The position numbers and the translations under genes were made by a program. The notes under the pieces are model-generated. The model did no database searches and had not been told where the DNA came from. It saw nothing but the letters and a program-made list of their open reading frames with translations. From assembly GCA_949292785.1 (NCBI GenBank), contig CASFBK010000006.1, positions 220,250-284,249 on the forward strand: a DNA stretch of 64,000 bases, in the 5' to 3' direction. Each line of letters opens with the position of its first letter. Position 1 is the stretch's first letter. Below, piece after piece: positions 1-10,356 of the stretch. This DNA is from an uncultured Eubacteriales bacterium (GTDB lineage: Bacteria; Bacillota; Clostridia; Lachnospirales; Lachnospiraceae).

Positions 1-468
1 AAGAATAAGCATGGAGCGCCGTACGTAGGTATTTTTGTGATTAGTGGAGCGATGATGATTATTAATATTCTTGGACTATCCACAGCAAAACAGATATCTT
101 TCGTAATTTTAGTGGGATGCGTGTATTATATGTTTTCCTATATCATATCAAATGTGAATGTACTTGTTTTCCGAAAGAGATTTCCAAAGGTACCCAGAAA
201 TTTTAAAACTCCATGTGGAATTCTCATACCAATCATTGGTATTTTAGGTAACATTTTTATGATTATAAAAATTGATGGAAATCCTACAACAAGAATAAAT
301 ATTTACATTGTTTGTGGTGTTGTATTCATTGTACTAAGTGTATATGCATTCTTATGGATTCGAAACGTTATGAAGAAAAAATTATTTCAGCCCTTCGAAA
401 TAAAAGAAGTGATGGCTATGGAGCATGATTTATATTTAATTGCGCATAAAAAGAAAAATAAAAGATAA
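1..468 (+). CDS. APC-family amino acid permease, 3' part (5' truncated by window)
   Basis: Frame is open from base 1 (KNKHGAPYVGIF...); several hydrophobic TM segments and the 'PRNFKTP' loop typical of APC C-termini. Confidence 0.75.
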   Translation, partial: KNKHGAPYVGIFVISGAMMIINILGLSTAKQISFVILVGCVYYMFSYIISNVNVLVFRKRFPKVPRNFKTPCGILIPIIGILGNIFMIIKIDGNPTTRINIYIVCGVVFIVLSVYAFLWIRNVMKKKLFQPFEIKEVMAMEHDLYLIAHKKKNKR

Positions 469-539
469 GCAGATGAAAGAAAAAGAAGTATAAAAGTACT
501 TTAAAATTGTAAAGAAGTATGCTACAATAGGATAATAAA

Positions 540-583
540 AAAGATCTTAAAAGAAACGAAGGCGTTTCTTTTGAGGTCTTTTT
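540..583 (+). terminator. Long hairpin plus T-run between permease and urease operon
   Basis: AAAGATCTTAAAAGAAACG-aagg-CGTTTCTTTTGAGGTCTTT (19-bp stem with G-U pairs) followed by T's. Confidence 0.7.
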
Positions 584-637
584 ATGCTTTTTATAACAAC
601 ATGACGAATAGATTTTCTGCAGTAAGGAGGATTAAAA

Positions 638-1330
638 ATGCATTTAACACCAAGAGAAACAGACAAGCTGATGCTGCATCTTGCAGGGATAGTGGCAAAG
701 GAGCGAAAAGAACGGGGATTAAAACTGAATTATCCCGAAGCGATTGCCTACATCAGTTCCGAGCTTTTAGAGCTGGCAAGGGACGGTCACAGTGTAACAG
801 AGCTTATGAGTATGGGAACTCAGATGCTTACCGCAGATGACGTGATGGACGGCGTTCCTGAGATGATACATGAAATACAGTTGGAGGCAACCTTTCCGGA
901 TGGAACAAAATTGGTAACCGTACATAATCCTATTATCGGAAATGGAGCAGTAAAGCCTGGCGAAGTCATACCGGAAGAAGGAGAGATTGAACTGAACGCA
1001 GGAAAGGATACGGCACAGATACAGGTTATCAATACCGCAGACCGTCCAATCCAGGTAGGTTCTCACTATCATTTTTTTGAAGTCAATAAGGCGCTGAAGT
1101 TTCAGCGAGAACGTGCCTATGGTATGCGTCTGGATATTCCCGCAGGAACCGCAGTGCGTTTTGAGCCGGGAGAGACCAAGCGTGTTAATCTGGTAGAAAT
1201 TGGAGGAAACAGAGTCGGACATGGATTGAATGGTCTGGTAGAAGGAAATATGGATGATGCCAATGTGAGAAAAGCAGCCCTTGAAGCTGCAAAAGAAAAA
1301 GGATTTCAGGGGGTAGAAGACGATGTATAA
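638..1330 (+). CDS. ureAB: Urease gamma-beta fused subunit
   Basis: MHLTPRE...LNYPEA...[17 protein letters not shown] (gamma) fused to [19 protein letters not shown]...AVRFEPGE (beta); RBS AAGGAGG. Confidence 0.97.
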   Translation: MHLTPRETDKLMLHLAGIVAKERKERGLKLNYPEAIAYISSELLELARDGHSVTELMSMGTQMLTADDVMDGVPEMIHEIQLEATFPDGTKLVTVHNPIIGNGAVKPGEVIPEEGEIELNAGKDTAQIQVINTADRPIQVGSHYHFFEVNKALKFQRERAYGMRLDIPAGTAVRFEPGETKRVNLVEIGGNRVGHGLNGLVEGNMDDANVRKAALEAAKEKGFQGVEDDV

Positions 1331-3035
1331 AATGAACAGAGCAAAATATGCAGATATGTATGGAGCAACAACCGGAGACAGGATTCGTCTGGCAGATACC
1401 TCTTTGCTCATTGAAGTAGAAAAGGATTATGCCGTTTATGGGGAAGAAGCAAAGTTCGGTGGTGGAAAGTCTCTGCGTGACGGTATGGGACAGTCCTGTA
1501 AGGTAAGAGATGAGGAATGTCCGGATACCGTAATTACCAGTGCAGTCATCGTGGACTACTGGGGCATTGTAAAGGCAGATATCGGAATTAAAGACGGTAA
1601 GATTTGTGGTATCGGAAAGGCAGGAAATCCCGACATGATGGATGGGGTGGACCCAGACCTGATTATCGGCGCCGGAACAGAAGTAATTGCGGGAGAAAAT
1701 CTGATTGTAACCGCAGGCGGATTAGACACGCATATTCATTTTATCAGTCCTATGCAGGTAGAGACGGCACTGTATAGTGGTGTTACTACGATGATAGGAG
1801 GGGGAACCGGTCCGGCGGACGGAACCAATGCGACTACCTGTACGCCGGGACGTTTTAATATTGAAAAAATGTTAGAGGCATCGGAAGAACTTCCCATGAA
1901 CTTCGGATATCTGGGAAAAGGAAATTCCGCAGATTTGGATACTCTTGCAGAACAGATAGAGGCAGGAGCCTGCGGATTGAAGCTCCATGAGGACTGGGGT
2001 TCTACTCCTGCGGCTATCGACCATTGCTTAACCGTTTGTGACAAATATGATGTGCAGGCGGCAATTCATACCGATACTTTAAACGAAGCCGGATTTGTGG
2101 AAGATACGATTAATGCGTTTAAAGGAAGAACCATTCATACCTATCATACGGAGGGCGCGGGCGGCGGTCATGCACCGGATATTATCCGTGCAGCAGCATT
2201 CCCGAATGTACTTCCGTCATCTACCAATCCGACCATGCCTTTTACAAAAAACACACTGGATGAACATCTGGACATGCTGATGGTATGTCACCATCTGGAT
2301 AAAAAAGTTCCGGAAGATATTGCATTCGCAGATTCCAGAATCCGCCCGGAAACTATTGCAGCAGAAGACGTACTGCATGATATGGGAATCTTTTCTATGA
2401 TGAGTTCCGATTCCCAGGCAATGGGACGAGTTGGAGAGGTTATTACAAGAACCTGGCAGACTGCGGATAAAATGAAAAAGCAGCGCGGATCATTGCCGGA
2501 AGACAGCCAGCGCAACGATAATTTCCGGGTAAAGAGATATATTGCAAAATACACCATTAATCCGGCAATTACCCATGGAGTATCAAAGTATGTAGGTTCT
2601 GTAGAGGTAGGGAAGATAGCAGACTTAGTGCTTTGGAATCCGGCGATGTTTGGGGTAAAGCCCGAAATGATTATAAAAGGCGGCTTTATTGTTGCTTCTA
2701 AGATGGGAGATGCCAATGCATCCATTCCAACCCCACAGCCTGTGGTTTATACGAACATGTTCGGAGCTTACGGACTTGCACGCAAGACATCCTGCATTAC
2801 GTTTGTTTCCAAGGCGGCATATGAAGCGGGGATTAAGGAGAAATTGTCCTTACAGCGGCAGGTGCTTCCGGTGGAAAACTGCAGAAATATCGGAAAGAAA
2901 GATATGAAGAATAATGATGTAATTGCAGAGATAGAAGTAAATCCCGAAAACTACGAAGTACGGGTAGATGGCAAGAAGATAGAGTGTGAAGCCGCAGAAG
3001 AACTTCCACTGACTCAGAAATATTATTTGTTTTAA
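1323..3035 (+). CDS. ureC: Urease alpha (catalytic) subunit
   Basis: [39 protein letters not shown] nickel active-site motifs. Confidence 0.99.
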   Translation: MYKMNRAKYADMYGATTGDRIRLADTSLLIEVEKDYAVYGEEAKFGGGKSLRDGMGQSCKVRDEECPDTVITSAVIVDYWGIVKADIGIKDGKICGIGKAGNPDMMDGVDPDLIIGAGTEVIAGENLIVTAGGLDTHIHFISPMQVETALYSGVTTMIGGGTGPADGTNATTCTPGRFNIEKMLEASEELPMNFGYLGKGNSADLDTLAEQIEAGACGLKLHEDWGSTPAAIDHCLTVCDKYDVQAAIHTDTLNEAGFVEDTINAFKGRTIHTYHTEGAGGGHAPDIIRAAAFPNVLPSSTNPTMPFTKNTLDEHLDMLMVCHHLDKKVPEDIAFADSRIRPETIAAEDVLHDMGIFSMMSSDSQAMGRVGEVITRTWQTADKMKKQRGSLPEDSQRNDNFRVKRYIAKYTINPAITHGVSKYVGSVEVGKIADLVLWNPAMFGVKPEMIIKGGFIVASKMGDANASIPTPQPVVYTNMFGAYGLARKTSCITFVSKAAYEAGIKEKLSLQRQVLPVENCRNIGKKDMKNNDVIAEIEVNPENYEVRVDGKKIECEAAEELPLTQKYYLF

Positions 3036-3065
3036 GAAAATAAAGCAGAAAGGGCAGAGAAGAAA

Positions 3066-3563
3066 ATGGTAGTAGAAAAAGTACATGGAAACATAAACGA
3101 CTATGACCTTAAGGACAGACAGGTGGATAAAGTATGGCTGGAATGGTATGAACTGGAGAAAAAATTGTTGAAAAAGACAACGGATTCCGGCGAAGAAGTG
3201 GGAATTCGTGTGGAACATCATTTGCATGAGGGAGATATCCTTTATGCAGATGATGCCAGGGTGCTTGTAGTAGAACTTCTGCCCTGTGAGCTTACCGTAG
3301 TCAGAGTACATACGATGCAGGAAATGGGACGGCTCTGCTTTGAATTGGGGAACCGCCATCTTTCCCTTGCGATTGAGGAACATCAGGTGGCGATACCTTA
3401 TGATGAACCTACGTTTCTATATCTGGAAAAGCTGGGCTTTCAACCGGAGAAAAAAGAAGATAAGTTTCAGCATGTTACGGTGTGTCATGCTCATGGTCAC
3501 AGTCATGAACATGAGCATAGTCATGGACATGAGCATAATCACACCCATTCACATGATATGTAG
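3066..3563 (+). CDS. ureE: Urease accessory nickel chaperone with His-rich tail
   Basis: CFELGNRH motif; C-terminal HAHGHSHEHEHSHGHEHNHTHSH. Confidence 0.95.
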   Translation: MVVEKVHGNINDYDLKDRQVDKVWLEWYELEKKLLKKTTDSGEEVGIRVEHHLHEGDILYADDARVLVVELLPCELTVVRVHTMQEMGRLCFELGNRHLSLAIEEHQVAIPYDEPTFLYLEKLGFQPEKKEDKFQHVTVCHAHGHSHEHEHSHGHEHNHTHSHDM

Positions 3564-3578
3564 AAAAAGAGGAAATCT

Positions 3579-4265
3579 ATGAGAGAACAGAAGAATCTTT
3601 TAAGGATGATGCAGTCAGTGGATGCCTTTTTCCCGATAGGGGCATTTACGTTATCGAATGGACTTGAGGACTATGTCGTAAGAGAACGAATCACCAGCAC
3701 GCAGGAGTTGAGGGAATATCTGGAGGGATTCTTACAGATATTTCCCTATAACGATTTGGGTATCGCAGCTTTGGCATATCAATATGGAGGTGAACCGGAG
3801 CAGCTTTTGCAGTTAGATGCTTTCGCTAATGCTATGAAAAGTTCCAGGGAAGTAAGAAACGGAAGTATTAAAATGTGCAGCCGCTATCTGAAGGCACGGG
3901 AAGCCATGGAAGACTGCAATGGAACTCTGAAATGGTATATGGAAAAAATAAAGGAAAGAAAAGCAGTGGGGTTTCATTCCATTGCAGTAGGAATATATGG
4001 AGCCGAGTTAGGAATCGAGCAGGAGAACCTGCTGTCCATGTATGGCTATAGCGTGATATCTGCCATCGTAAATAACGGCGTAAAGCTGGTTCCTTTAAGT
4101 CAGATGGAGGGGCAGCGGGTGCTGTTTCAAAGTATGGAAAAGTTAGAAAAAGCCGTGCAGCAGGCAAGTAAGATAAAACCGGAGGAGCTTGGTGTGTCCG
4201 GTTGTGCCTCAGAGATACATTGTATGAATCATGAGCATTTATATTCCAGACAATATATGTCATAA
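3579..4265 (+). CDS. ureF: Urease accessory protein UreF
   Basis: DAFFPIGAFTLSNGLE, VKLVPLSQMEGQ, HEHLYSRQYMS. Confidence 0.95.
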   Translation: MREQKNLLRMMQSVDAFFPIGAFTLSNGLEDYVVRERITSTQELREYLEGFLQIFPYNDLGIAALAYQYGGEPEQLLQLDAFANAMKSSREVRNGSIKMCSRYLKAREAMEDCNGTLKWYMEKIKERKAVGFHSIAVGIYGAELGIEQENLLSMYGYSVISAIVNNGVKLVPLSQMEGQRVLFQSMEKLEKAVQQASKIKPEELGVSGCASEIHCMNHEHLYSRQYMS

Positions 4266-4281
4266 ACGAGGAGGATGAAGT

Positions 4282-4890
4282 ATGTCGTATGTAAAAATAG
4301 GTGTGGGCGGACCGGTAGGTTCCGGCAAGACCGCATTAATTGAACGCTTGACGAGAAAAATGGCAAAGGAATATTCCATCTGTGTCATTACCAACGATAT
4401 TTATACCAAGGAAGATGCAGAATTTTTGATAAAAAACTCTGCACTCCCGGCAGAGCGCATTATGGGAGTGGAGACAGGAGGGTGTCCCCACACGGCAATT
4501 CGGGAGGATTGCAGTATGAATTTAGAAGCAGTGGAAGAGATGGCGGACAAATTTCCGGATGTGGAAATTATGTTTATCGAAAGCGGCGGGGATAATCTTT
4601 CTGCAACTTTCAGTCCGGACCTTGCAGATGCGACTATTTACGTCATTGATGTGGCACAAGGGGAAAAAATACCAAGAAAAGGTGGTCCCGGAGTGACACG
4701 TTCGGATCTTTTAGTTATTAACAAAACAGACTTAGCGCCAATGGTAGGGGCAAGCCTTGCGGTCATGGAGAAAGATTCTGATAGAATGCGGAAAGGCAAG
4801 GATTTTCTTTTCACAAACCTAATGCAGGGAGATAGTGTGGATGCAGTGATTGAGTGGATTAAAAAGAATGTACTTTTTGAAGGAATATAG
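4282..4890 (+). CDS. ureG: Urease accessory GTPase UreG
   Basis: [10 protein letters not shown]-loop, ETGGCPH, ESGGDNL, NKTDLA. Confidence 0.98.
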   Translation: MSYVKIGVGGPVGSGKTALIERLTRKMAKEYSICVITNDIYTKEDAEFLIKNSALPAERIMGVETGGCPHTAIREDCSMNLEAVEEMADKFPDVEIMFIESGGDNLSATFSPDLADATIYVIDVAQGEKIPRKGGPGVTRSDLLVINKTDLAPMVGASLAVMEKDSDRMRKGKDFLFTNLMQGDSVDAVIEWIKKNVLFEGI

Positions 4891-4907
4891 TAAAAGAGAG
4901 ACAGCCT

Positions 4908-5666
4908 ATGGAAACCAAATTAAAGCTTCAGATTGAAAATCGCAGTGGAAAAACTGCGGTAACATACAGTAACTTTACCAGTCCCCTGAAAATAGGGACG
5001 CCAAATATACAGGAAGAACGTATGCAGCTGGTATTGATGATGGCGTCAGCGGGAATATTGAAGGGCGACAGTTTTCAATATGAGATAACCTGTGAAAGTG
5101 ATACAAAGACCCTGATGACAGAGCAGTCTTATACAAAAATCTTTGATACCGGAGAGCAGGGGGCAGAGAAACGGATAGAAATCCGATTGAAAGGAAATGC
5201 CTCTCTGTTCTATCGTCCAAGCGCAGTAATCCCCTTTGCAGGCAGCAGTTTTGACAGCTATACTACGGTAAGACTGAGCAGAGAAAGTGAATTCCTGTGT
5301 TCGGATATTTTGGCAGCCGGCAGAGTCGGAATGGGAGAAACGTTTGCATTTTCCCATTACCGGAATCGAATCTGTGTCATGGTGGAAGAGCGCCCTGTCT
5401 GGTTGGAACACTGCCATTTGCAGCCACAGCAGATGGATTTGACTGGTATGGTTTTCATGGATGGATACACCCATCAGGGAACGCTTTACTATTATGGAAA
5501 AGAAGAAAAACAAAAGAAGCTTTTGTCATATAAAACTGCAGCTCCCGTTATGTTAGCAAAAACCTCCGCAGCAGCAGGCGTCTGCATCAGGGTATTGGCT
5601 AACACCGCACAGGATATCGAAGAGGAATTTGCCCGATTGGAAGAAGAGGTGGGCTATGAAGCTTAA
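4908..5666 (+). CDS. ureD: Urease accessory protein UreD
   Basis: ASAGILKGD, EQSYTKIF, LAAGRVGMGETF; follows ureG. Confidence 0.92.
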   Translation: METKLKLQIENRSGKTAVTYSNFTSPLKIGTPNIQEERMQLVLMMASAGILKGDSFQYEITCESDTKTLMTEQSYTKIFDTGEQGAEKRIEIRLKGNASLFYRPSAVIPFAGSSFDSYTTVRLSRESEFLCSDILAAGRVGMGETFAFSHYRNRICVMVEERPVWLEHCHLQPQQMDLTGMVFMDGYTHQGTLYYYGKEEKQKKLLSYKTAAPVMLAKTSAAAGVCIRVLANTAQDIEEEFARLEEEVGYEA

Positions 5667-8178
5667 GCTACGAAGCAGCAGAGGGATATGGTTCCTGTCC
5701 ATATTAACATTTGCAGGAGTAGCAGGACTTATGCTGTTCAGTACATATTATATGAACCGGGCGGTTCAGGCGGAGGAAGACGCTCAGAACAGAAGAATGG
5801 AATACCGTCAGTTGGGAGAAGATTTAGCAGACACCTCTGATTATTTGACAGCAGAGGTTCGTTACTATGCGATTACAGGCGAGATAGAACACCTTTACAA
5901 TTACTGGGAGGAAATCTTTGAGACCAGAGAGCGGGAGCGGGTCATTGCAGCCTTTGAAAAAGAAGATTCTCCGGAAAATGAAAAGGTGTTGCTGGAACAG
6001 GCAAAGCAGTTTTCGGACCTTCTGGTGGAGACAGAGACGTATTCCATGAAACTGGTGCTGGTATCGGAGCAAAAGACAGCGCAGGATTATTCCTATGACA
6101 GCAGGCTTATGGAATACGTCTCCTATGTGCTTGCCTACGAGCAGTCTGACCAAATGGAAGAAATGACAGCCGAAGAGATGAAAAAGAAAGCCATCGAGCT
6201 TCTCTATGATGAAAATTATGAAGAATATAAGAGAAAGATTATGGCACCCATAGAAGAATTCACGCAGTTAATGAATGACAGAATGGACCGGGAAGTGGAA
6301 AAGAGGAAGGAAGAGACCCGGATTGCCACCATAATCCAGATTATTCTGGCGGCGGTAGAGCTTATAGCAATCGGATTTCTTCTGTATCTGATGAAGCAGA
6401 TGGGAAGATTTGTGGCTGCAAAGAATGAGGCGGAATTGGCAAACGAGGCGAAGAGCACCTTTCTGGCGCAGATGAGCCATGAGCTTCGCACACCCCTGAA
6501 TGCAGTAAATGGGTATACATATCTGTTAGAACAGACCTCGTTGAATCAGAAACAGCGGAAATATATTCAGGGAATTCGCGGTTCATCGGAGGGCCTGTTG
6601 GAGCTGATTAATCAGATTCTGGATTTTTCCAGAATAGAATCCGGCCGTATCGAACTGGAAAGTACAGTCTTTCAGATAAGGGCGTTGCTGCAGGAAGTAA
6701 AGGCGGTATTCATGGAGCAGGCAGAGCGGAAAGGTCTTTTTTATAAAGTTGAAATAGAGGAGAATGTGCCGGACTGCATAGAGGGAGATTCTCTCCGTCT
6801 TCGCCAGGTTCTCATAAATCTGATTGGAAACGCCTTTAAGTTTACGGAAGAGGGAGGGGTTACCGTTTCGGTCAGACTTCTGGAAAAGAAACCGGAGGCC
6901 TGTCTGCTTGAGTTTTCTGTTGCGGATACCGGAATCGGAGTGGAAGCAGAAGCACAGGAGAAAATCTTTCAGCCCTTTACCCAGAGTGATGCTTCTGTAA
7001 CGAGAAAATATGGAGGTACCGGACTGGGATTATCGATTTCAAGAGAAATCATTGCAATGTCAGGAGACGGGACACATCAGCTGGAACTGGAAAGTGAGCC
7101 GGGAAAAGGCTCTGTCTTTCGCTTTGAGATGGATTTCCCATGTCCGGCAGAAGAAAAAGAAGAAGGCAGAGAGGAAGAACGCGGAAAGGAAGAAAATGGC
7201 AGAGAAGCGGCTAAGACGAAAAATGTTAAATCCTGTTTTAATTATTTGCCAAAAATAAAAGTATTAGTGACAGATGACAGTGAGATTAATATCCGAGTAC
7301 AAAGTGAAATTCTGTCTCTGTGTCATCTTACGGTACTGTCTGCGGAAAGCGGAATACAGGCGTTGGAGCTCTTAAAACAGCAAAAGGATATTGATTTGAT
7401 TTTTATGGATATCCGTATGCCCCATATGGATGGTTACGAAACAGCGGGAAAAATCCGTGAACTGGAAGGGTATCAGGAAACGCCTATCATTGCCCTGACG
7501 GCAGATGCGGTTCCACAGGTGCAGGAAAAAATAAAAGAAGCGGGTATGAATGATATGCTGTTAAAGCCGGTGAGCCAGGAAAAACTCTTTGACCTGCTGC
7601 AAACATATCTGCCGGAGGAAGTGAAGCTCCCGAAAATATTTGATAGGAATACCTGCTTAAGGCAGCTAAATGGGAATCAATTTGCATTGCAGCATATTGT
7701 TGAGCGTTTTTTGGAACTGCATCGGGAGGACGACAAACGTCTGGAAGCCTATCTTGAAAAAGAAGATTACAGGAAGGCGGAGGAGCTGATTCACCAGCTT
7801 AAGGGAATCAGTGGAAATCTGGAATGCAGGGAGCTTTATGAGTGCTGCAGAGCCTTTCAGCAGGAACTGAGGGAAGGAAAAGCAGACCGGCTGGAGGAGT
7901 TCATGATTTTATGGAACCAAACGATAGAAGCCCTGAAAGAATATCGGCAACAGCAGGTTCAGCGGGAAAGCCGGACCGTGCCTTTGGATAGAAAGGACTT
8001 ATATGAGAGAATTCTGGAGCTGAGCAGTAACCATGATACGGAGGCGGTTCACATACTAGAAGAACATATAGAGGAGATGGGAGAGGATATGACGGAAGAA
8101 AATTACAGGAAGCTGAAGCAGGCAATGCTGCATTATGATTTTAAGACCATAAGGGAGATGATTGGATGTATAAAGTAA
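5656..8178 (+). CDS. Membrane hybrid sensor histidine kinase (TM-sensor-TM-HisKA-HATPase-REC-Hpt)
   Basis: Two TM helices; H-box MSHELRTPLN; N box NLIGNAFKF; G boxes DTGIG and GGTGLGL; REC FMDIRMP; Hpt IHQLKGISGNL; ATG at 5656 overlaps ureD end. Confidence 0.92.
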   Translation: MKLKLRSSRGIWFLSILTFAGVAGLMLFSTYYMNRAVQAEEDAQNRRMEYRQLGEDLADTSDYLTAEVRYYAITGEIEHLYNYWEEIFETRERERVIAAFEKEDSPENEKVLLEQAKQFSDLLVETETYSMKLVLVSEQKTAQDYSYDSRLMEYVSYVLAYEQSDQMEEMTAEEMKKKAIELLYDENYEEYKRKIMAPIEEFTQLMNDRMDREVEKRKEETRIATIIQIILAAVELIAIGFLLYLMKQMGRFVAAKNEAELANEAKSTFLAQMSHELRTPLNAVNGYTYLLEQTSLNQKQRKYIQGIRGSSEGLLELINQILDFSRIESGRIELESTVFQIRALLQEVKAVFMEQAERKGLFYKVEIEENVPDCIEGDSLRLRQVLINLIGNAFKFTEEGGVTVSVRLLEKKPEACLLEFSVADTGIGVEAEAQEKIFQPFTQSDASVTRKYGGTGLGLSISREIIAMSGDGTHQLELESEPGKGSVFRFEMDFPCPAEEKEEGREEERGKEENGREAAKTKNVKSCFNYLPKIKVLVTDDSEINIRVQSEILSLCHLTVLSAESGIQALELLKQQKDIDLIFMDIRMPHMDGYETAGKIRELEGYQETPIIALTADAVPQVQEKIKEAGMNDMLLKPVSQEKLFDLLQTYLPEEVKLPKIFDRNTCLRQLNGNQFALQHIVERFLELHREDDKRLEAYLEKEDYRKAEELIHQLKGISGNLECRELYECCRAFQQELREGKADRLEEFMILWNQTIEALKEYRQQQVQRESRTVPLDRKDLYERILELSSNHDTEAVHILEEHIEEMGEDMTEENYRKLKQAMLHYDFKTIREMIGCIK

Positions 8179-8924
8179 TGCTGGTAGAGGATGATGAGGT
8201 AATACGCTATGTGTATTCCAGGATGAAGTCCTGGGGGAAGTATGGATTCTATATTCAGACAGAGGCGGGAAACGGAATAAAAGCCTTAGAAGAACTGAAA
8301 AAGAATCCGGTGGATGTGGTCTTTACGGATATTCGTATGCCTCTGATGAACGGAATTGAGCTGATGAAGCAGGCAATCCCTGTGTATCCGGATATTCCCT
8401 TTGTTCTTATCAGCTCCTATAATGAATTTGAATACGCAAGAGAGGGACTGCGCTTAGGAGCAGTGGATTATATTGTAAAGCCTATGCAGGAGGAAGAGCT
8501 GGACCGAGTATTGCAGCGGTTGAAGGAGCAGCTGTCCACTCGTGAAAAAAACGCAGCGCCTGATGTACTTGCCGGTATTTTCAAAGATGAGGACTTAAGG
8601 AGCGATGCTTTGGTAGGAAAAGTAGTGCAGTATCTGGAAGAGCATATGGAGAGAAATCTTACCATAGAAGAAGTGGCGGAGGCTTTGGGAATGAACAAGG
8701 ACTATCTTGGCAGACAGTTGAAGGGAAAGACACAGATGTCCTTTCGAAATCTCTATAACCAGATTAAAATGGAATATGCAAAGCCCCTGATAAAAAGCGG
8801 GCAGTACAAAATTTATGAAATCAGTGAAATGCTGGGTTATACGTCTCCGGATTACTTTTCCGGTCTCTTTAAAAATATTGTGAAAATGACGCCTGTGGAA
8901 TACAAAAAAATGGATGAGGTCTGA
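8166..8924 (+). CDS. Response regulator, REC plus AraC HTH (YesN-like)
   Basis: VMLVEDD, FTDIRMP, YIVKP; C-terminal EISEMLGYTSPDYFSGLFK. Confidence 0.92.
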   Translation: MYKVMLVEDDEVIRYVYSRMKSWGKYGFYIQTEAGNGIKALEELKKNPVDVVFTDIRMPLMNGIELMKQAIPVYPDIPFVLISSYNEFEYAREGLRLGAVDYIVKPMQEEELDRVLQRLKEQLSTREKNAAPDVLAGIFKDEDLRSDALVGKVVQYLEEHMERNLTIEEVAEALGMNKDYLGRQLKGKTQMSFRNLYNQIKMEYAKPLIKSGQYKIYEISEMLGYTSPDYFSGLFKNIVKMTPVEYKKMDEV

Positions 8925-9010
8925 TTTTTGGTGGAAAAAGTCTGTTTTTTGAGGTGTTTTTTGGAAAAAATTTATGATAAATTCTATTACAACATAAGAA
9001 CGAGGAACAA

Positions 9011-9055
9011 GACAAAGAGGTCATTATCTAAATACAGATAGTGGGCTCTTTTTTT
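9011..9055 (+). terminator. Intrinsic terminator in the urtA leader
   Basis: Stem 9014-9029/9036-9051 followed by a T-run, 60 nt upstream of the urtA start. Confidence 0.6.
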
Positions 9056-9113
9056 CTGTTCATCGCTTCTGTGTAGTAACTGAAAAATGGCACAGGAAAA
9101 GTGAGGTAGGATT

Positions 9114-10343
9114 ATGAAAAAGAATTTATCTATGAAAATCAAGGCAGCATTAGTAACGGCAGCAATGCTTGTATCCGTAACCGGATGCGGCAGCTCCGGG
9201 GAGAAAGACGGTACCGTAAAGGTAGGTCTGCTCCATTCCATGACAGGTTCTATGGCAATATCAGAGAAAGCAGTATTAGATGCAGAAAAGCTTGCAATAG
9301 ATGAAATCAATGAAGCCGGTGGTGTGCTGGGCTGCAAGATTGAATATCAGGAGGAGGATGGCGCATCCGACCCATCCACTTTTGCAACAAAGGCAGAAAA
9401 ACTGGTAGACCAGGACGGGATTTCCACTGTATTCGGCTGCTGGACTTCATCCTCAAGAAAGGCGGTAAAGTCTATTTTTGAAGATTATGATGCATTGCTG
9501 TTCTATCCGGTACAGTATGAAGGAATGGAATCCTCCAGCAATATTATATACACAGGAGCAGCCCCTAATCAGCAGATTGTTCCGGCAATTGAATATCTGA
9601 TTGACCAGGGATATCAGAAGTTTTTCCTGATAGGGTCTGATTACGTGTTCCCACGTACTGCCAATATGATTATTACCGCTCAGGTAGAGGCAGCAGGACT
9701 TGAAGTTGTAGGAGAGGAATATGCAGACATGGACCAGACGGATTTTGCTGCAATCATCTCCAAGATTGAAGAAGCGCAGCCGGATGTTATCATCAATACC
9801 TTAAATGGAACAAGTAACGTATCCTTTTTCAAACAGATGTCTGAAAAGAATTATACCAGCGAGAATTATATGACAATGTCCTTCTCCATTGCGGAAGAGG
9901 AAGTGGCTACCATCGGTTCCGATATTTTAAAAGGACATATGGTTTCCTGGAACTATTACCAGACCACAGACACAGAGAAAAATAAGGAATTTGTGAAAGC
10001 CTATAAAGAAGCGTACGGAGAGGACCGTGTTACCTCCGACCCTGTAGAAGCGGCATATGATGCGGTATATCTGTGGAAAGCAGCATGTGAGAAAGCAGGA
10101 AGCTTTGAAGTAGATGACATCCTTGCGGCAATCGAAGAGGGAGGCATCAGCTATGATGCACCGGAAGGAACCGTGACTATAGACGGAGCTAACCATCATC
10201 TGGCAAAGCCGGTCCGCATTGGTCAGGTGGGAGATGACGGACTGATTTACGAAATATACGCAACGGATGGTCCGGTGGAGCCGGATCCATATCTGGAAAC
10301 ATATGACTGGGCAGTAGAGGCAGGTATTAAGCCATTGGAGTAA
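9114..10343 (+). CDS. urtA: Urea ABC transporter substrate-binding lipoprotein
   Basis: Lipobox VTGC; VGLLHSMTGSMAISE, VFGCWTSSSRK, YPVQYEG, GSDYVFPR. Confidence 0.95.
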   Translation: MKKNLSMKIKAALVTAAMLVSVTGCGSSGEKDGTVKVGLLHSMTGSMAISEKAVLDAEKLAIDEINEAGGVLGCKIEYQEEDGASDPSTFATKAEKLVDQDGISTVFGCWTSSSRKAVKSIFEDYDALLFYPVQYEGMESSSNIIYTGAAPNQQIVPAIEYLIDQGYQKFFLIGSDYVFPRTANMIITAQVEAAGLEVVGEEYADMDQTDFAAIISKIEEAQPDVIINTLNGTSNVSFFKQMSEKNYTSENYMTMSFSIAEEEVATIGSDILKGHMVSWNYYQTTDTEKNKEFVKAYKEAYGEDRVTSDPVEAAYDAVYLWKAACEKAGSFEVDDILAAIEEGGISYDAPEGTVTIDGANHHLAKPVRIGQVGDDGLIYEIYATDGPVEPDPYLETYDWAVEAGIKPLE

Positions 10344-10356
10344 TGGAGGTGCGAAT

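Noticed and set aside
571-840. 89-aa ORF overlapping ureAB
   Set aside because: No SD or recognisable motif; alternate-frame shadow of a conserved gene
3480-3560. Repetitive CAT/CAC tract
   Set aside because: Encodes the normal His-rich nickel-binding tail of UreE
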